From positions 1 to 27,431 of the forward strand of contig DRKV01000086.1 of NCBI GenBank assembly GCA_011051635.1: a stretch of DNA of 27,431 nt. Direction: 5' to 3'. Positions 7,622 through 16,755 of the stretch are shown one piece after another. The translations under genes and the position numbers were made by a program. The number at the start of each line of letters is the position of its first letter. The first letter of the stretch is position 1. A model generated the notes under the pieces. It was not told the DNA's origin. It did not search any database and saw only the letters and a list, made by a program, of their open reading frames with translations. The DNA comes from Chloroflexota bacterium. GTDB taxonomy: Bacteria > Chloroflexota > Anaerolineae > Anaerolineales > DRKV01.

Positions 7622-8721
7622 GAGGATGCCCTCCTGCTTTCAAAGGCTTTGCGCAATTTGGGGTGGATGATTTCCCCTTTGTGGGTGTACAGCCCGCGGG
7701 TGAGGGCGTTGTTTTCCTCCAGGGCCTGCACCAGCCCGACGTTGCCGATGCGCTGGATGAAGGGCCATACGGCGTTGTTGATGGCGTGGGTGGCGGTGCG
7801 TCCCAGGACGCCGGTCATGTTGGGCACGCAGTAGTGGATGACGCCCTCCTCCACGTAGGTCGGGCTGCTGTGGGTGGTGGGGCGGCTGGTTTCGGCGCAG
7901 CCTCCCTGGTCGATAGAAGCATCAATCAGGATGGAGCGGCGGCGCATATTTTTGACCATTTCGCGGGTGATGACGATGGGAGCGCGCGCTCCGGGCACCA
8001 GCACCGAGCCTACCACCACGTCGGCAAAGCGGAGCACTTTGGCGATGTTGGAGGCGTGTGCCACCATTGTGATGCAGTGCCCGCTGCACTGGCTGTGCAG
8101 GGCACGCAGGCGGTTGAGGTTCCTGTCCAGCACGTAAACGGTCGCCCCCATCCCCAGGAAGGTGCGGGCGGCAGCCGTCCCGACCGTGCCGCCGCCGATG
8201 ATAACCGCTTCCGCGGGGGCGATGCCAGGCGCGCCGCCCAGCAGGATGCCCTTGCCGCCGTTGTTGTTCTGTGCCAGGGCGGCGGCAATCTGCGGAATCA
8301 TGGCTCCGGCCACATAGCCGATGGATTGCAGGATGGGGAGATGACCGCTGTCGTCCTGGATGACCTCGTAACCGATGGCGGTGATTTCCTTTTCCAGCAG
8401 GGTGCGTACCTTGTCGGGGCTGGCGGCTGCCAGATGGAGGAAACCCATGACGATTTGGCGGGGGCGCATCCATTCGAATTCCTGTACGGTGGGACGCCCC
8501 ACCTTGAGGAGCAGGTCGGCGCGTCCGTAGGCCTCCTCGCCCTGGTAAACGATGCGCGCCCCGGCCTGCTGGTAGTCATAATCGGAAAAGCCGCTGCCGA
8601 TTCCGGCATCGTGTTCCACGTAGCAGGTATGTCCGGCGCGGCACAACAGTTCCACGCCGGCGGGGGTCAGCCCTACCCGGTACTCGGAATCGCGGCGTTC
8701 TTTGGGGATGGAGATGTTCAT
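7618..8721 (-). CDS. ald: Alanine dehydrogenase family protein (AlaDH/PNT), divergent active-site motifs, ~367 aa
   Basis: Start reassigned to ATG 8721 (MNISIPKE...EYRVGLTP, typical Ald N-terminus; GAGG upstream). FLHLAA, VIIGGGTVG, IDQGGCAETSRPTTH, HYCVPNM conserved; KVKEP and PMSEVAG motifs altered (see findings). Confidence 0.85.
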   Translation of the reverse strand: MNISIPKERRDSEYRVGLTPAGVELLCRAGHTCYVEHDAGIGSGFSDYDYQQAGARIVYQGEEAYGRADLLLKVGRPTVQEFEWMRPRQIVMGFLHLAAASPDKVRTLLEKEITAIGYEVIQDDSGHLPILQSIGYVAGAMIPQIAAALAQNNNGGKGILLGGAPGIAPAEAVIIGGGTVGTAAARTFLGMGATVYVLDRNLNRLRALHSQCSGHCITMVAHASNIAKVLRFADVVVGSVLVPGARAPIVITREMVKNMRRRSILIDASIDQGGCAETSRPTTHSSPTYVEEGVIHYCVPNMTGVLGRTATHAINNAVWPFIQRIGNVGLVQALEENNALTRGLYTHKGEIIHPKLRKAFESRRASS

Positions 8722-8763
8722 AAGGGGCCTCGGGGAGAAATTGAAGAATCGGTGAGTGGGAAC

Positions 8764-8869
8764 TTGGTAATCGGGCAACCTGGGGATGGAGAAACCGGGG
8801 AAGCAGGAGATGGGCAGGGATTGGGGAGTGAAAATGTGGGTAACTCAACTGCCCCACTACCCAACTACC
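8764..8869. repeat. Degenerate short-period (~8 nt) intergenic repeat tract
   Basis: caactgcc/ccactacc/caactacc at 8846-8869; looser 8-mers ttggtaat, cgggcaac, ctggggat, ggagaaac, cggggaag, caggagat at 8764-8811. Confidence 0.4.
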
Positions 8870-10064
8870 TCAACAGTACCTCGCGAATCCGCGGCAGCGC
8901 CCAGTCAATGGTAGCCTTGTCAATCACCAGGGGGGGAGCAAAGCGGATGACGTGTTCGTGGGTCTCTTTTGCCAGGATACCGCGTTCTTGCAGGGCCTCG
9001 CAAAAGCGGCGCGCCCCGCCGGCCTCGGGCTTCAATTCCACGCCGATGAGCAGCCCTTTGCCGCGCACTTCCTTGACGTATGGGCTGGGGATGGCGCGGA
9101 GTTGCTCCTGGAAGTAAGCCCCCAGGCGGGCGGCGTTCTCAGGCAGGTTTTCTTCCACCAGGACGCGCAAGGCCGCTCTCCCGATGGCCGCGGCCAGGGG
9201 ATTGCCGCCGAAGGTGGAGCCGTGCTCTCCGGGGCGGAGCAGCCCCAGCACGGAGGTATCCGCCACAATGGCCGAGACGGGGTAAAAACCGCCCGAAAGC
9301 GCCTTCCCCAGGATGACGATGTCCGGGCGCACTTCTTCGTGGTCGCAGGCCAGCAATTTGCCGGTGCGCCCCAGGCCGGTCTGGATTTCGTCGGCAATAA
9401 AGAGTACACTGTGCTCATCGCAGATTTGCCGGACGGAGCGCAGATAGCCCTCCGGCGGCACGATGACGCCGGCCTCTCCCTGGATGGGTTCCAGCATCAC
9501 GGCGGCGGTGTGGGGGGTGATGGCCTTCCGAATGGCCTCCGCCTCCCCGTAAGGCACGATGACGAAGCCGGGTGTGAAGGGGCCGAAATCTTCGCGGTAG
9601 AGCGGCTCGGTGGAGAAGGATACGATGGTGATGGTGCGCCCGTGGAAGTTGTTGGCCGCCACGATGATTTCCGCCTTGTGGCGCGGCACCCCCTTGACGG
9701 TGTAGGCCCACTTGCGGGCTACCTTGAGGGCCGTTTCCACGGCCTCGGCGCCGCTGTTCATCGGCAGAGCCATTTCGTAGCCGGTCAGTTCACACAGTTC
9801 CTTGTAGAACAGGGGCAACTGGTCGTTGCGAAAGGCGCGGGATGTGATGGTCAATTTTTGCGCCTGCTCCTGCATGGCCGCCAGGATTTTGGGGTGTACG
9901 TGCCCCTGGCTGACGGCGGAGTAGGCGCTCAGGCAGTCCAGGTAGCGGTTGCCCTCCACGTCGTACACCCAAACCCCCTCGCCGCGGGTGAGCACCACGT
10001 CGAGAGGGTGGTAGTTGTGCGCCCCGTATCGTTCTTCGAGCGCGATGTAATCCTGGGTTTTCAT
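8865..10064 (-). CDS. rocD: Ornithine--oxo-acid aminotransferase (class III PLP), 399 aa
   Basis: Start at ATG 10064 ([21 protein letters not shown]), 5 nt after the argF stop; [62 protein letters not shown]. Confidence 0.95.
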   Translation of the reverse strand: MKTQDYIALEERYGAHNYHPLDVVLTRGEGVWVYDVEGNRYLDCLSAYSAVSQGHVHPKILAAMQEQAQKLTITSRAFRNDQLPLFYKELCELTGYEMALPMNSGAEAVETALKVARKWAYTVKGVPRHKAEIIVAANNFHGRTITIVSFSTEPLYREDFGPFTPGFVIVPYGEAEAIRKAITPHTAAVMLEPIQGEAGVIVPPEGYLRSVRQICDEHSVLFIADEIQTGLGRTGKLLACDHEEVRPDIVILGKALSGGFYPVSAIVADTSVLGLLRPGEHGSTFGGNPLAAAIGRAALRVLVEENLPENAARLGAYFQEQLRAIPSPYVKEVRGKGLLIGVELKPEAGGARRFCEALQERGILAKETHEHVIRFAPPLVIDKATIDWALPRIREVLLR

Positions 10065-10069
10065 GGCGC

Positions 10070-10990
10070 TTACCCCAGCAGTTGCGCCAGAATGGCCTTC
10101 TGGGCGTGGAGACGGTTGTGCGCCTGCGGGAAGAGACGGGAGTGCGGTCCGTCGGCTACCTCGTCGGTGATTTCCTGCCCCCGGTGGGCGGGGAGACAGT
10201 GCATCACAATCGCTTCGGGGGCGGCTTCGGCTACCAGGGCGGCGTTGACCTGGTACGGCGGGAAAACTTTGGCGCGTCGGGCGGCTTCCGCCTCCTGCCC
10301 CATGCTCGTCCAGGTGTCGGTGTAGATTACCTGCGCGCCTTTGACCGCCTCGTGCGGGTCGCGCAGGAAAGCGAGGGCGCTGCCCGATTCGGCGGCGAAC
10401 TTGCGGGCTTCGGCGATGCTCTCGGCGGGCATGTCGTAGCCTTCCGGGTTGGCGATTGTGAAATTGGCGCCCAGTTTGGCGCATACGTGCATCAGCGAAA
10501 CGGCCACGTTGTTGCCGTCGCCCACGTAGGTCACGTTGATACCCTTGAGGGTGCCGAATTCTTCCTGGATGGTGAGGGCGTCGGCCATCGCCTGGCAAGG
10601 GTGGTTGTAGTCGCTCAGGCCGTTGATGACGGGGATGCTGCTCCACTTCGCCAGTTCGACCACGTGTTCGTGGGCGAAGACGCGCGCCATGACGGCCTGC
10701 ACGTAGCCGGAGATGACGCGGGCCACGTCGGCGATGGATTCGCGCTTGCCCAGGCCGATTTCGGCGGGGGAAAGGTAGAGGGCGTCGCCGCCCAGATGCC
10801 GCATTGCCATGTCGAAAGAGACGCGCGTCCGCAAACTCGGCTTCTGGAAAATCATAGCCAGCACTTTGCCCTGCAAGATGGGCTTGTTGCCGCCCGATTT
10901 CCATTCGGCTTTCAGTTCTTCAGCCAGGTCGAGTAAATCCTGTAGTTCTTGAGATGGGTAGTCGGAAATTGCCAGGAAATCCTTTTTCAT
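10070..10990 (-). CDS. argF: Ornithine carbamoyltransferase
   Basis: [51 protein letters not shown]; SD AGGAG at 10997-11001. Confidence 0.96.
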   Translation of the reverse strand: MKKDFLAISDYPSQELQDLLDLAEELKAEWKSGGNKPILQGKVLAMIFQKPSLRTRVSFDMAMRHLGGDALYLSPAEIGLGKRESIADVARVISGYVQAVMARVFAHEHVVELAKWSSIPVINGLSDYNHPCQAMADALTIQEEFGTLKGINVTYVGDGNNVAVSLMHVCAKLGANFTIANPEGYDMPAESIAEARKFAAESGSALAFLRDPHEAVKGAQVIYTDTWTSMGQEAEAARRAKVFPPYQVNAALVAEAAPEAIVMHCLPAHRGQEITDEVADGPHSRLFPQAHNRLHAQKAILAQLLG

Positions 10991-11086
10991 GCTCTACTCC
11001 TGCACGATGGTGGATTCGGAGGAATGGATGGCCTCCGTTTGCTCAGGTCGTTGTTTTGCACGTGGGGACCTGCCGACCCAGAATTG

Positions 11087-11095
11087 AGTATAACA
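11087..11095 (-). promoter_or_regulatory. Putative extended -10 promoter (TGn-TATACT) for the argF cluster
   Basis: Minus strand TGTTATACT about 97 nt upstream of the argF start; no good -35. Confidence 0.45.
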
Positions 11096-11161
11096 CAGGC
11101 GGGGTTGCTCTCCTTGTGAGGACTTGCCGGGAGTTCTCTGATGAAAATCATCCCTTTTCGA

Positions 11162-11195
11162 AGACCTGACGGGTTTCCCAAAACCCCTCAGGTCT
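11162..11195. repeat. REP-like palindrome, subfamily B
   Basis: agacctgacgggttt-ccca-aaacccctcaggtct: 15-bp arms, one mismatch; same arms as 4686-4718. Confidence 0.88.
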
Positions 11196-11208
11196 CTCAA
11201 AATGCGTT

Positions 11209-11214
11209 TATAAT
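11209..11214 (+). promoter_or_regulatory. Perfect -10 hexamer TATAAT directly upstream of the kinase GTG
   Basis: TATAAT 11209-11214, GTG at 11221, no SD between them. Confidence 0.45.
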
Positions 11215-11220
11215 TTCGGT

Positions 11221-14200
11221 GTGCTTTTGCAACAACTCAAACGTACCCTGCACCTGACCGATGCCCGCTGGGCGGCGTGGCTGTGGCGCGACCCGGATGG
11301 ATGGCGCTTCGGTATTCACGCGGGACTGACCCGCCCCCGCCGCAGAAGGCTGGAGACGCTTTTGGCGCGTTCATCCTGGCACAACTGGCTCTCGGGGGCG
11401 TTGACCAACAGACGCTCCCGCCGCCGCAAGGTGGATGCCGCCGCCTCCGAACTGGATTGCGGACGGGTGTACGCTTTCCCCGCAGAGAACGGGCAGGGAT
11501 GTCTCCTTGTGGGGGCGGATGAACTGGAGACTTCGGAACGGCATTTCTGGCAAATCCTGGCCTGGGAGCCGCCTTCCCAGCCGGTCAAGTACCATCCCGA
11601 ACCGGCGGCGGGGCAAGGCGCGCCGCGTCCCTTCGTCCTGCACACCTCGGTCTCCTACGATTTGGGCGTCGTCCTGGAGCAGGTTCTGGTTTTCCTCTCC
11701 GCCCGTCTGCCCTGCGCCGGCGGCCTGATTGCCCTGCGCTCCGGCAGACGTTTTGAGGTGCGTGCCGTCTGGCGCTTGCCGGACGCCTGGATTGGACAGG
11801 ATGTGGATTTGGAATCCGCCCTCGCCTTGCGGCGGATGGTCTCCCGCCGGCGGGTAGCCCTGTGGGAAGGCCCGCAAATGTGGAAAGGCGCGCCCGCCAA
11901 CGGAGAGCCGGACTGGGCTTTTGGGGAAAGCACCCAGTGGCTCGGCGTACCCCTCGTCCTGGGGCGGCGCGTCATCGGCGTGGCTTTGCTGGCAGCGCGC
12001 CCCGGTGAGCGCTTCAGCGAGGGCGATGTGCTCCATTTGCCGCGCCAGGCGGCTCAGGTGGCGCATCTTGTGGAGAATGCCATCGTCTTCGACGAGGCCG
12101 GGCGCTACCTCCGGCAACTTGCCCTGGTGAGCGAACTGGCCGCCGAGACGGTCGGCGAAGTGCGGCAGGAGAAAGTCATCCGCCGGGTGCTGCACCGCCT
12201 GGAGCGCACCTTCGACCACACCCAGGCCGCCCTCTTGACCCCTGGCGAGGAAGGCAACGGGGTGCTGCAAGCCTACGGGAACCGGGAGCCCCTCTGGGGC
12301 GCGCCCGTCGCACCGGACGCCCTTCCGGGGGGCGCGGCTTCGCTGGAGCGGGGCATCCCTTTACAGGGGGAGACGCTCCCCGAAGGGCTGGATTTCCCCT
12401 GGTTCCGCCGCCTTTCTTACGCTTACGTCCTCATGCCGATGCGCTACCGCGGGCATTTCATCGGGGCTATCCACATGGGGCGGACGCGTCCGCAGCCTTT
12501 CTCCCGGCAGGAGGAACAGGCTCTGGTCATGCTGGCGGGGCATCTGGCGGGCTTGCTGGAGAACGTGCGCCTGCACGCCGAGACACAGCAGCGCGCCGAG
12601 AACCTGGCTCTCATCCACACCGTCGTGCAGCGGGTGGTCGGCCTGACCTCCGTGGAGGAGATTGCCCAGGCCGCCGCCGAATTGATGGCCGCCAACTTTG
12701 CCTTCGACCGGGTGCTGATAGCCGGTATGCCCCCTTCCGGCGAACAGTTCACCGTCCTGGGATTGGCCGGCCTGGAAGTCGCTCCCGGCCTGCGGGGGGC
12801 GCGCTTCCCCGCCGCCTGCGGCCTGCTGGGGCGCGTCTTGCTGGATGGACGCAGTTTGCGGATTGGAAACCTGGACACAGACATGGCCTGCGAATCTCTG
12901 GAGCCGTTGCCGCAATCTGCGGTGATGGCGGTGCCGCTCTACGACGGAGAACGGGTGTTTGGAGCCTTGTATGTCGAACGGGTCGCCAAACCCTTCTCTT
13001 CTAACGACATGATAGCCTTGCAGGCCCTGGCGGGTGTGCTTTCCAGCGTGATGGTCAACGCCCAGCGCTATCAGCAGTTGCAAACCAGCGTGCGCCAATT
13101 GCAGGCCGTGCGGGAGACCGCCCTGGATATGGCGGGAGAGATGGATTTGGAAGTCCTCCTGCGGCGCGTCGTGCATCGGGTGCGCTTGCTGCTGGAAGCC
13201 AAAGGCGCGGAACTGGGGCTTGTGGATTCGGAAAGCGGCATGGTGCGGGTTGTCGTTTCCGAAAACCCCTGGCAGGATTACACGGGGCAGGAAGTCCCTA
13301 TGATGGGGGGCATCATCGGCCAAGTAGCCGCCCTGGGAGAACCGATGGTGGTCGCCGATTACAATCGCTGGGAGGGGCGTCTGCGCCCGGAAGGGCAGGA
13401 GCCTTTCTCCGCCGTGGTAGCCGTGCCCTTGCGCCTCAAGGGACAGGTGATGGGCGTCCTTTCGGTGAGCGACGATACCCCCGGACGCACTTTCCGCAGC
13501 GACGATGTGCGCCTGCTGGAGTTGCTGGCCCCGCAGGTCGCGGTCTTCATCCGCAACGCCCGCCTGTACCGCGAATTGCAGGAGCGGATGGCCGCTCAGC
13601 AAGAGACCGAACAGCAATTGGTGCGCTCGGCGCGGCTGGCTGCCGTGGGCGAGATGGCCGCCGGGGTAGCCCACGAACTCAACAACCCTCTTACCACAGT
13701 CTCCGGCTTCGTGGAACTGGTGCTGGATGAGTTGCCGGAGGATTGGCCGCAGCGCGCCGACCTGGAACTGGTGCTCAAAGAGGCGCGGCGCGCCCGCGGC
13801 GTGGTGCGCAATTTGCTGGAATTCTCCCGCCCCGGCGAAAACCTCCGCGTGCGTACCGATATGAACGCCCTGATTGGCGAAGTCCTGACCCTCGTGCAGC
13901 ACCTCATCCGCACCACCGGCGTGGAATTGCGCCTCCAGTTTTGGGAGGAAGTTCCCTGGGTGCGGGTTGACCCCAACCAAATCAAGCAGGTGCTTCTCAA
14001 CCTGGTACACAACGCTTTGCAGGCCATGCCGCACGGGGGAGTGCTCACCATCCAGACGGCGCACGGGCGCCGAGACAAAGAACGCTGGCTCACCGTGCGC
14101 GTTCAGGATACCGGCGTGGGCATCCCCGAGGAAAACCTGGCCCGCATCTTCGAACCGTTTTTCACCACTCGTCCCGTCGGTGCAGGAACCGGCCTGGGGC

Positions 14201-14316
14201 TTTCGGTCAGTTACGGCATCATCAAGGAACACGGCGGTTACATTGAGGTTGAAAGCCTCCTCGGCAAGGGGAGCGTCTTCCCCGTTTACCTGCCGGTAGA
14301 GAAAGACCATGCCTGA
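11221..14316 (+). CDS. Cytoplasmic multi-GAF sensor histidine kinase (4 GAF plus degenerate N-terminal GAF-like region, HisKA, HATPase_c)
   Basis: Four vPL...G.l......FS..D...L..lA...N motifs; [11 protein letters not shown]; [36 protein letters not shown]; no TM segment seen. Exact start uncertain. Confidence 0.92.
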   Translation: MLLQQLKRTLHLTDARWAAWLWRDPDGWRFGIHAGLTRPRRRRLETLLARSSWHNWLSGALTNRRSRRRKVDAAASELDCGRVYAFPAENGQGCLLVGADELETSERHFWQILAWEPPSQPVKYHPEPAAGQGAPRPFVLHTSVSYDLGVVLEQVLVFLSARLPCAGGLIALRSGRRFEVRAVWRLPDAWIGQDVDLESALALRRMVSRRRVALWEGPQMWKGAPANGEPDWAFGESTQWLGVPLVLGRRVIGVALLAARPGERFSEGDVLHLPRQAAQVAHLVENAIVFDEAGRYLRQLALVSELAAETVGEVRQEKVIRRVLHRLERTFDHTQAALLTPGEEGNGVLQAYGNREPLWGAPVAPDALPGGAASLERGIPLQGETLPEGLDFPWFRRLSYAYVLMPMRYRGHFIGAIHMGRTRPQPFSRQEEQALVMLAGHLAGLLENVRLHAETQQRAENLALIHTVVQRVVGLTSVEEIAQAAAELMAANFAFDRVLIAGMPPSGEQFTVLGLAGLEVAPGLRGARFPAACGLLGRVLLDGRSLRIGNLDTDMACESLEPLPQSAVMAVPLYDGERVFGALYVERVAKPFSSNDMIALQALAGVLSSVMVNAQRYQQLQTSVRQLQAVRETALDMAGEMDLEVLLRRVVHRVRLLLEAKGAELGLVDSESGMVRVVVSENPWQDYTGQEVPMMGGIIGQVAALGEPMVVADYNRWEGRLRPEGQEPFSAVVAVPLRLKGQVMGVLSVSDDTPGRTFRSDDVRLLELLAPQVAVFIRNARLYRELQERMAAQQETEQQLVRSARLAAVGEMAAGVAHELNNPLTTVSGFVELVLDELPEDWPQRADLELVLKEARRARGVVRNLLEFSRPGENLRVRTDMNALIGEVLTLVQHLIRTTGVELRLQFWEEVPWVRVDPNQIKQVLLNLVHNALQAMPHGGVLTIQTAHGRRDKERWLTVRVQDTGVGIPEENLARIFEPFFTTRPVGAGTGLGLSVSYGIIKEHGGYIEVESLLGKGSVFPVYLPVEKDHA

Positions 14317-15883
14317 AACCAAAATCCTCGTAGTGGATGACGAACCGGGCATCGCCCACCTGTGCGAGCGTCTTCTGCGGCGCGCCGGTTACGAGGCCCG
14401 GGCGGTCACCAACCCCCGCCGCGCCCTGCTGCACTTGCAAACCCACCCCGTGGATTTGCTCCTTGTGGACATCCGCATGCCCGGCATGGACGGCTTCGAA
14501 CTGATGCGGCAGGCGCGTCAAACTCTCCCCGACCTGGCAGTCGTCATCATGACCGGTTTCGGCACGGTGGAGACGGCCATCGAAGCCCTGCGCCTGGGCG
14601 CGGAGGGCCTGATTCTCAAACCTTTCTCCCGGGGGGCGGAACTGGTGGAAAGCGTCGCCCACGCGCTGGAAGCACACCGCCGCTCCCGCGATGCCCAGCG
14701 CCTCCGGGCCTTGCGCCCTCTCTTCGAAGTCACCCGCCGTCTCTTCTCCGAGACCGACCCGGAACAGTTGCGCCTTCTCCTTGTGGAGGCGGTTTGCGAA
14801 CATCTGCAATGTGAACATGCCGCCCTGTATGCCCTCCCTCGGAGTGGGAACGCGCCCCCGGAGTTGGAAGCCGCCCGCGGAGAGGTTCCGCCCCCCGGCG
14901 GCGGGTACGTGACGCATTTGTGGGAGGCCGCCGCCCGAGGGGTGGTAGCCCCTGGCAAAACGGATTCCGCCCCCCTCCCCCCCGAAATGGGGTACGCTTC
15001 CCTGGTGGCTGCCGCCGTTTCGGGGCCGCAAGTTTCCCGCCTTTTGCTGGCCGCCCGCAATCCCGAAAATCCTCCTTTCAGCGAAGCCGACCTGGAACTG
15101 CTGGTCGTCCTGGCGCATCAGGCCGCCGCCGCCCTGGAAAACGCCCGCCTGTACGCCGAACTGCGGGCCTACCTCCGGCAGGTGGAAGAATCGCAGCAAC
15201 TTCTCCTCCAGGCGGAGAAAATGGCGACCGCTGGCCGCCTGACGGCCTCCATCGCTCACGAAATCAACAATCCTCTGCAGGGGGTGCGGAACTGCCTGCA
15301 CCTGGCCTCTCGCGCCGAACTTTCCGAAATGGAGCGGGCAGAATACCTGCAACTGGGGCGCGAGGAACTCGACCGCCTGATGACTACGGTGCAGCGCATG
15401 TTGGAGTTTTACCGCCCCTCCGCCGTAGAGCGCAGCGCCGTAGACCTCCACGCCCTGATAGAGCGGGTCGTCAAATTGCTCCACCGCGAAATGGAGCAGC
15501 AGAACATCCGCCTGCACCTTTCCCTGAGCGAAGACCTGCCCCGACCCTGGGCGGTGCGCGACCAGATACAGCAGGTACTTCTCAACCTGGTACTCAACGC
15601 CGTCGAAGCCATGCCGGAGGGCGGCGATTTGCACATCGAGACGCGGTACAATCATGACGAGGTGCACATCACCGTGGCGGATAGCGGTCCCGGTGTGCCC
15701 CCTCACCTGCGCGGCCAAATTTTCGAGCCGTTTTTCAGCACGAAGGACGATGGCAGCGGCCTGGGCCTGACCGTCTGCGACGGCATCATCACCGCCCACG
15801 GGGGCCGCCTGGAACTGCTGGATTCGCCGGACGGCGGGGCGCACTTTCTGATTGCGCTACCCCTCCACTCGTCGGAGGAGTAA
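14309..15883 (+). CDS. Hybrid kinase REC-GAF-HisKA-HATPase_c
   Basis: ILVVDDE, LLVDIRMP, IMTGFG, ILKPF; GAF ending FSEADLELLVVLAHQAAAALENARLY; AHEINNPLQ; LNLVLNA, DSGPGV, GSGLGL. Overlaps the upstream kinase by 8 bp. Confidence 0.93.
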   Translation: MPETKILVVDDEPGIAHLCERLLRRAGYEARAVTNPRRALLHLQTHPVDLLLVDIRMPGMDGFELMRQARQTLPDLAVVIMTGFGTVETAIEALRLGAEGLILKPFSRGAELVESVAHALEAHRRSRDAQRLRALRPLFEVTRRLFSETDPEQLRLLLVEAVCEHLQCEHAALYALPRSGNAPPELEAARGEVPPPGGGYVTHLWEAAARGVVAPGKTDSAPLPPEMGYASLVAAAVSGPQVSRLLLAARNPENPPFSEADLELLVVLAHQAAAALENARLYAELRAYLRQVEESQQLLLQAEKMATAGRLTASIAHEINNPLQGVRNCLHLASRAELSEMERAEYLQLGREELDRLMTTVQRMLEFYRPSAVERSAVDLHALIERVVKLLHREMEQQNIRLHLSLSEDLPRPWAVRDQIQQVLLNLVLNAVEAMPEGGDLHIETRYNHDEVHITVADSGPGVPPHLRGQIFEPFFSTKDDGSGLGLTVCDGIITAHGGRLELLDSPDGGAHFLIALPLHSSEE

Positions 15884-15885
15884 TT

Positions 15886-15950
15886 CAGCGTACAGGGTAC
15901 GCTGTACGTAGTACGCCGCACATCGCACGTCGCACGTTTCGCACGTCTCA
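15886..15950. repeat. Degenerate heptamer tandem array with an internal hairpin
   Basis: cagcgta cagggta cgctgta cgtagta cgccgca catcgca cgtcgca cgtttcgca cgtctca; perfect 8-bp stem cagcgtac-agg-gtacgctg at 15886-15904. Confidence 0.8.
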
Positions 15951-15969
15951 CATTTTCTGGAGGTAATGC

Positions 15970-16755
15970 GTGAAAGGTAAAATCCTGGTTGTAGATGACG
16001 AACCCACCGCCCGCCGTTCCTGGCGCGATATTCTGCGTCTGGAAGGGTATCAGGTAGAGACGGCTGCGGACGGCAAGGCAGCCCTGGAGGCGATGAAGAA
16101 GACCGAATTCGATGTCGTCCTCCTGGATTTGAAGATGCCGGGCATGGGCGGGCTGGAGGTGCTGCGTACCGCCTCGAAACTGCATCCCGATACCCAAATC
16201 ATCGTTTTGACGGCGCACGGCTCGCTGGATTCGGCCATCGAAGCCTTGCGGCAGGGAGCGCACGATTACCTTCTCAAACCGGCCTCCCCGGAGGACGTCC
16301 TGGACAGCGTCGCCGGGGCGTTGGCTATCCGTGCTGAAACGCAACACAAGCGTTTGCTGCTGGGGCAACTCGAATCTTCCCTCCAGCAACTCAAGGATGC
16401 CGAAGGCTTGGAGGGGCAGCCCAGAGTCAATGTGCAGGTGGTCACGTTGGGCAACGGCATCATGATGGACATGGCGCGCCGTGAAATCTGGCGCGGCTCG
16501 GACAAGGTGACGCTGACCACCACGGAAGGCAAATTGATGCAGGTCTTGTGGGCGAACCGCGGACGGGTAATGACCCACCGGGAACTGGTGCTGCTCGTGC
16601 AGGGGTATGAAACTTCCGACTGGGAGGCCCCCGAAGTGCTGCGTCCCCTGGTCAGCCGCCTGCGCCGCAAACTGGCCGTCTTCCCCGGCGGGCGCGAGTG
16701 GATAGTCAACGTGCGCGGCACCGGTTACGTCTTCGAAGGCGTAGAGGAAAGATGA
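15970..16755 (+). CDS. Response regulator, receiver plus OmpR/PhoB-type winged-helix DNA-binding domain
   Basis: ILVVDDE, LLDLKMP, VLTAHG, LLKP; C-terminal LTTTEGKLMQVL...LVSRLRRKL...IVNVRGTGY; SD GGAGG at 15959-15963, GTG start. Confidence 0.94.
   Translation: MKGKILVVDDEPTARRSWRDILRLEGYQVETAADGKAALEAMKKTEFDVVLLDLKMPGMGGLEVLRTASKLHPDTQIIVLTAHGSLDSAIEALRQGAHDYLLKPASPEDVLDSVAGALAIRAETQHKRLLLGQLESSLQQLKDAEGLEGQPRVNVQVVTLGNGIMMDMARREIWRGSDKVTLTTTEGKLMQVLWANRGRVMTHRELVLLVQGYETSDWEAPEVLRPLVSRLRRKLAVFPGGREWIVNVRGTGYVFEGVEER

Noticed and set aside
8865-10904. 679-aa RocD, or an ArgF-RocD fusion by -1 frameshift
   Set aside because: The extension overlaps argF and is low-complexity; RocD homology begins at ATG 10064; no slippery heptamer near the argF end.
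10070-10990. N-acetyl/N-succinylornithine carbamoyltransferase because of SLRT instead of STRT
   Set aside because: The ornithine-binding DxxxSMG loop and HCLP are intact, as in ordinary OTCase.
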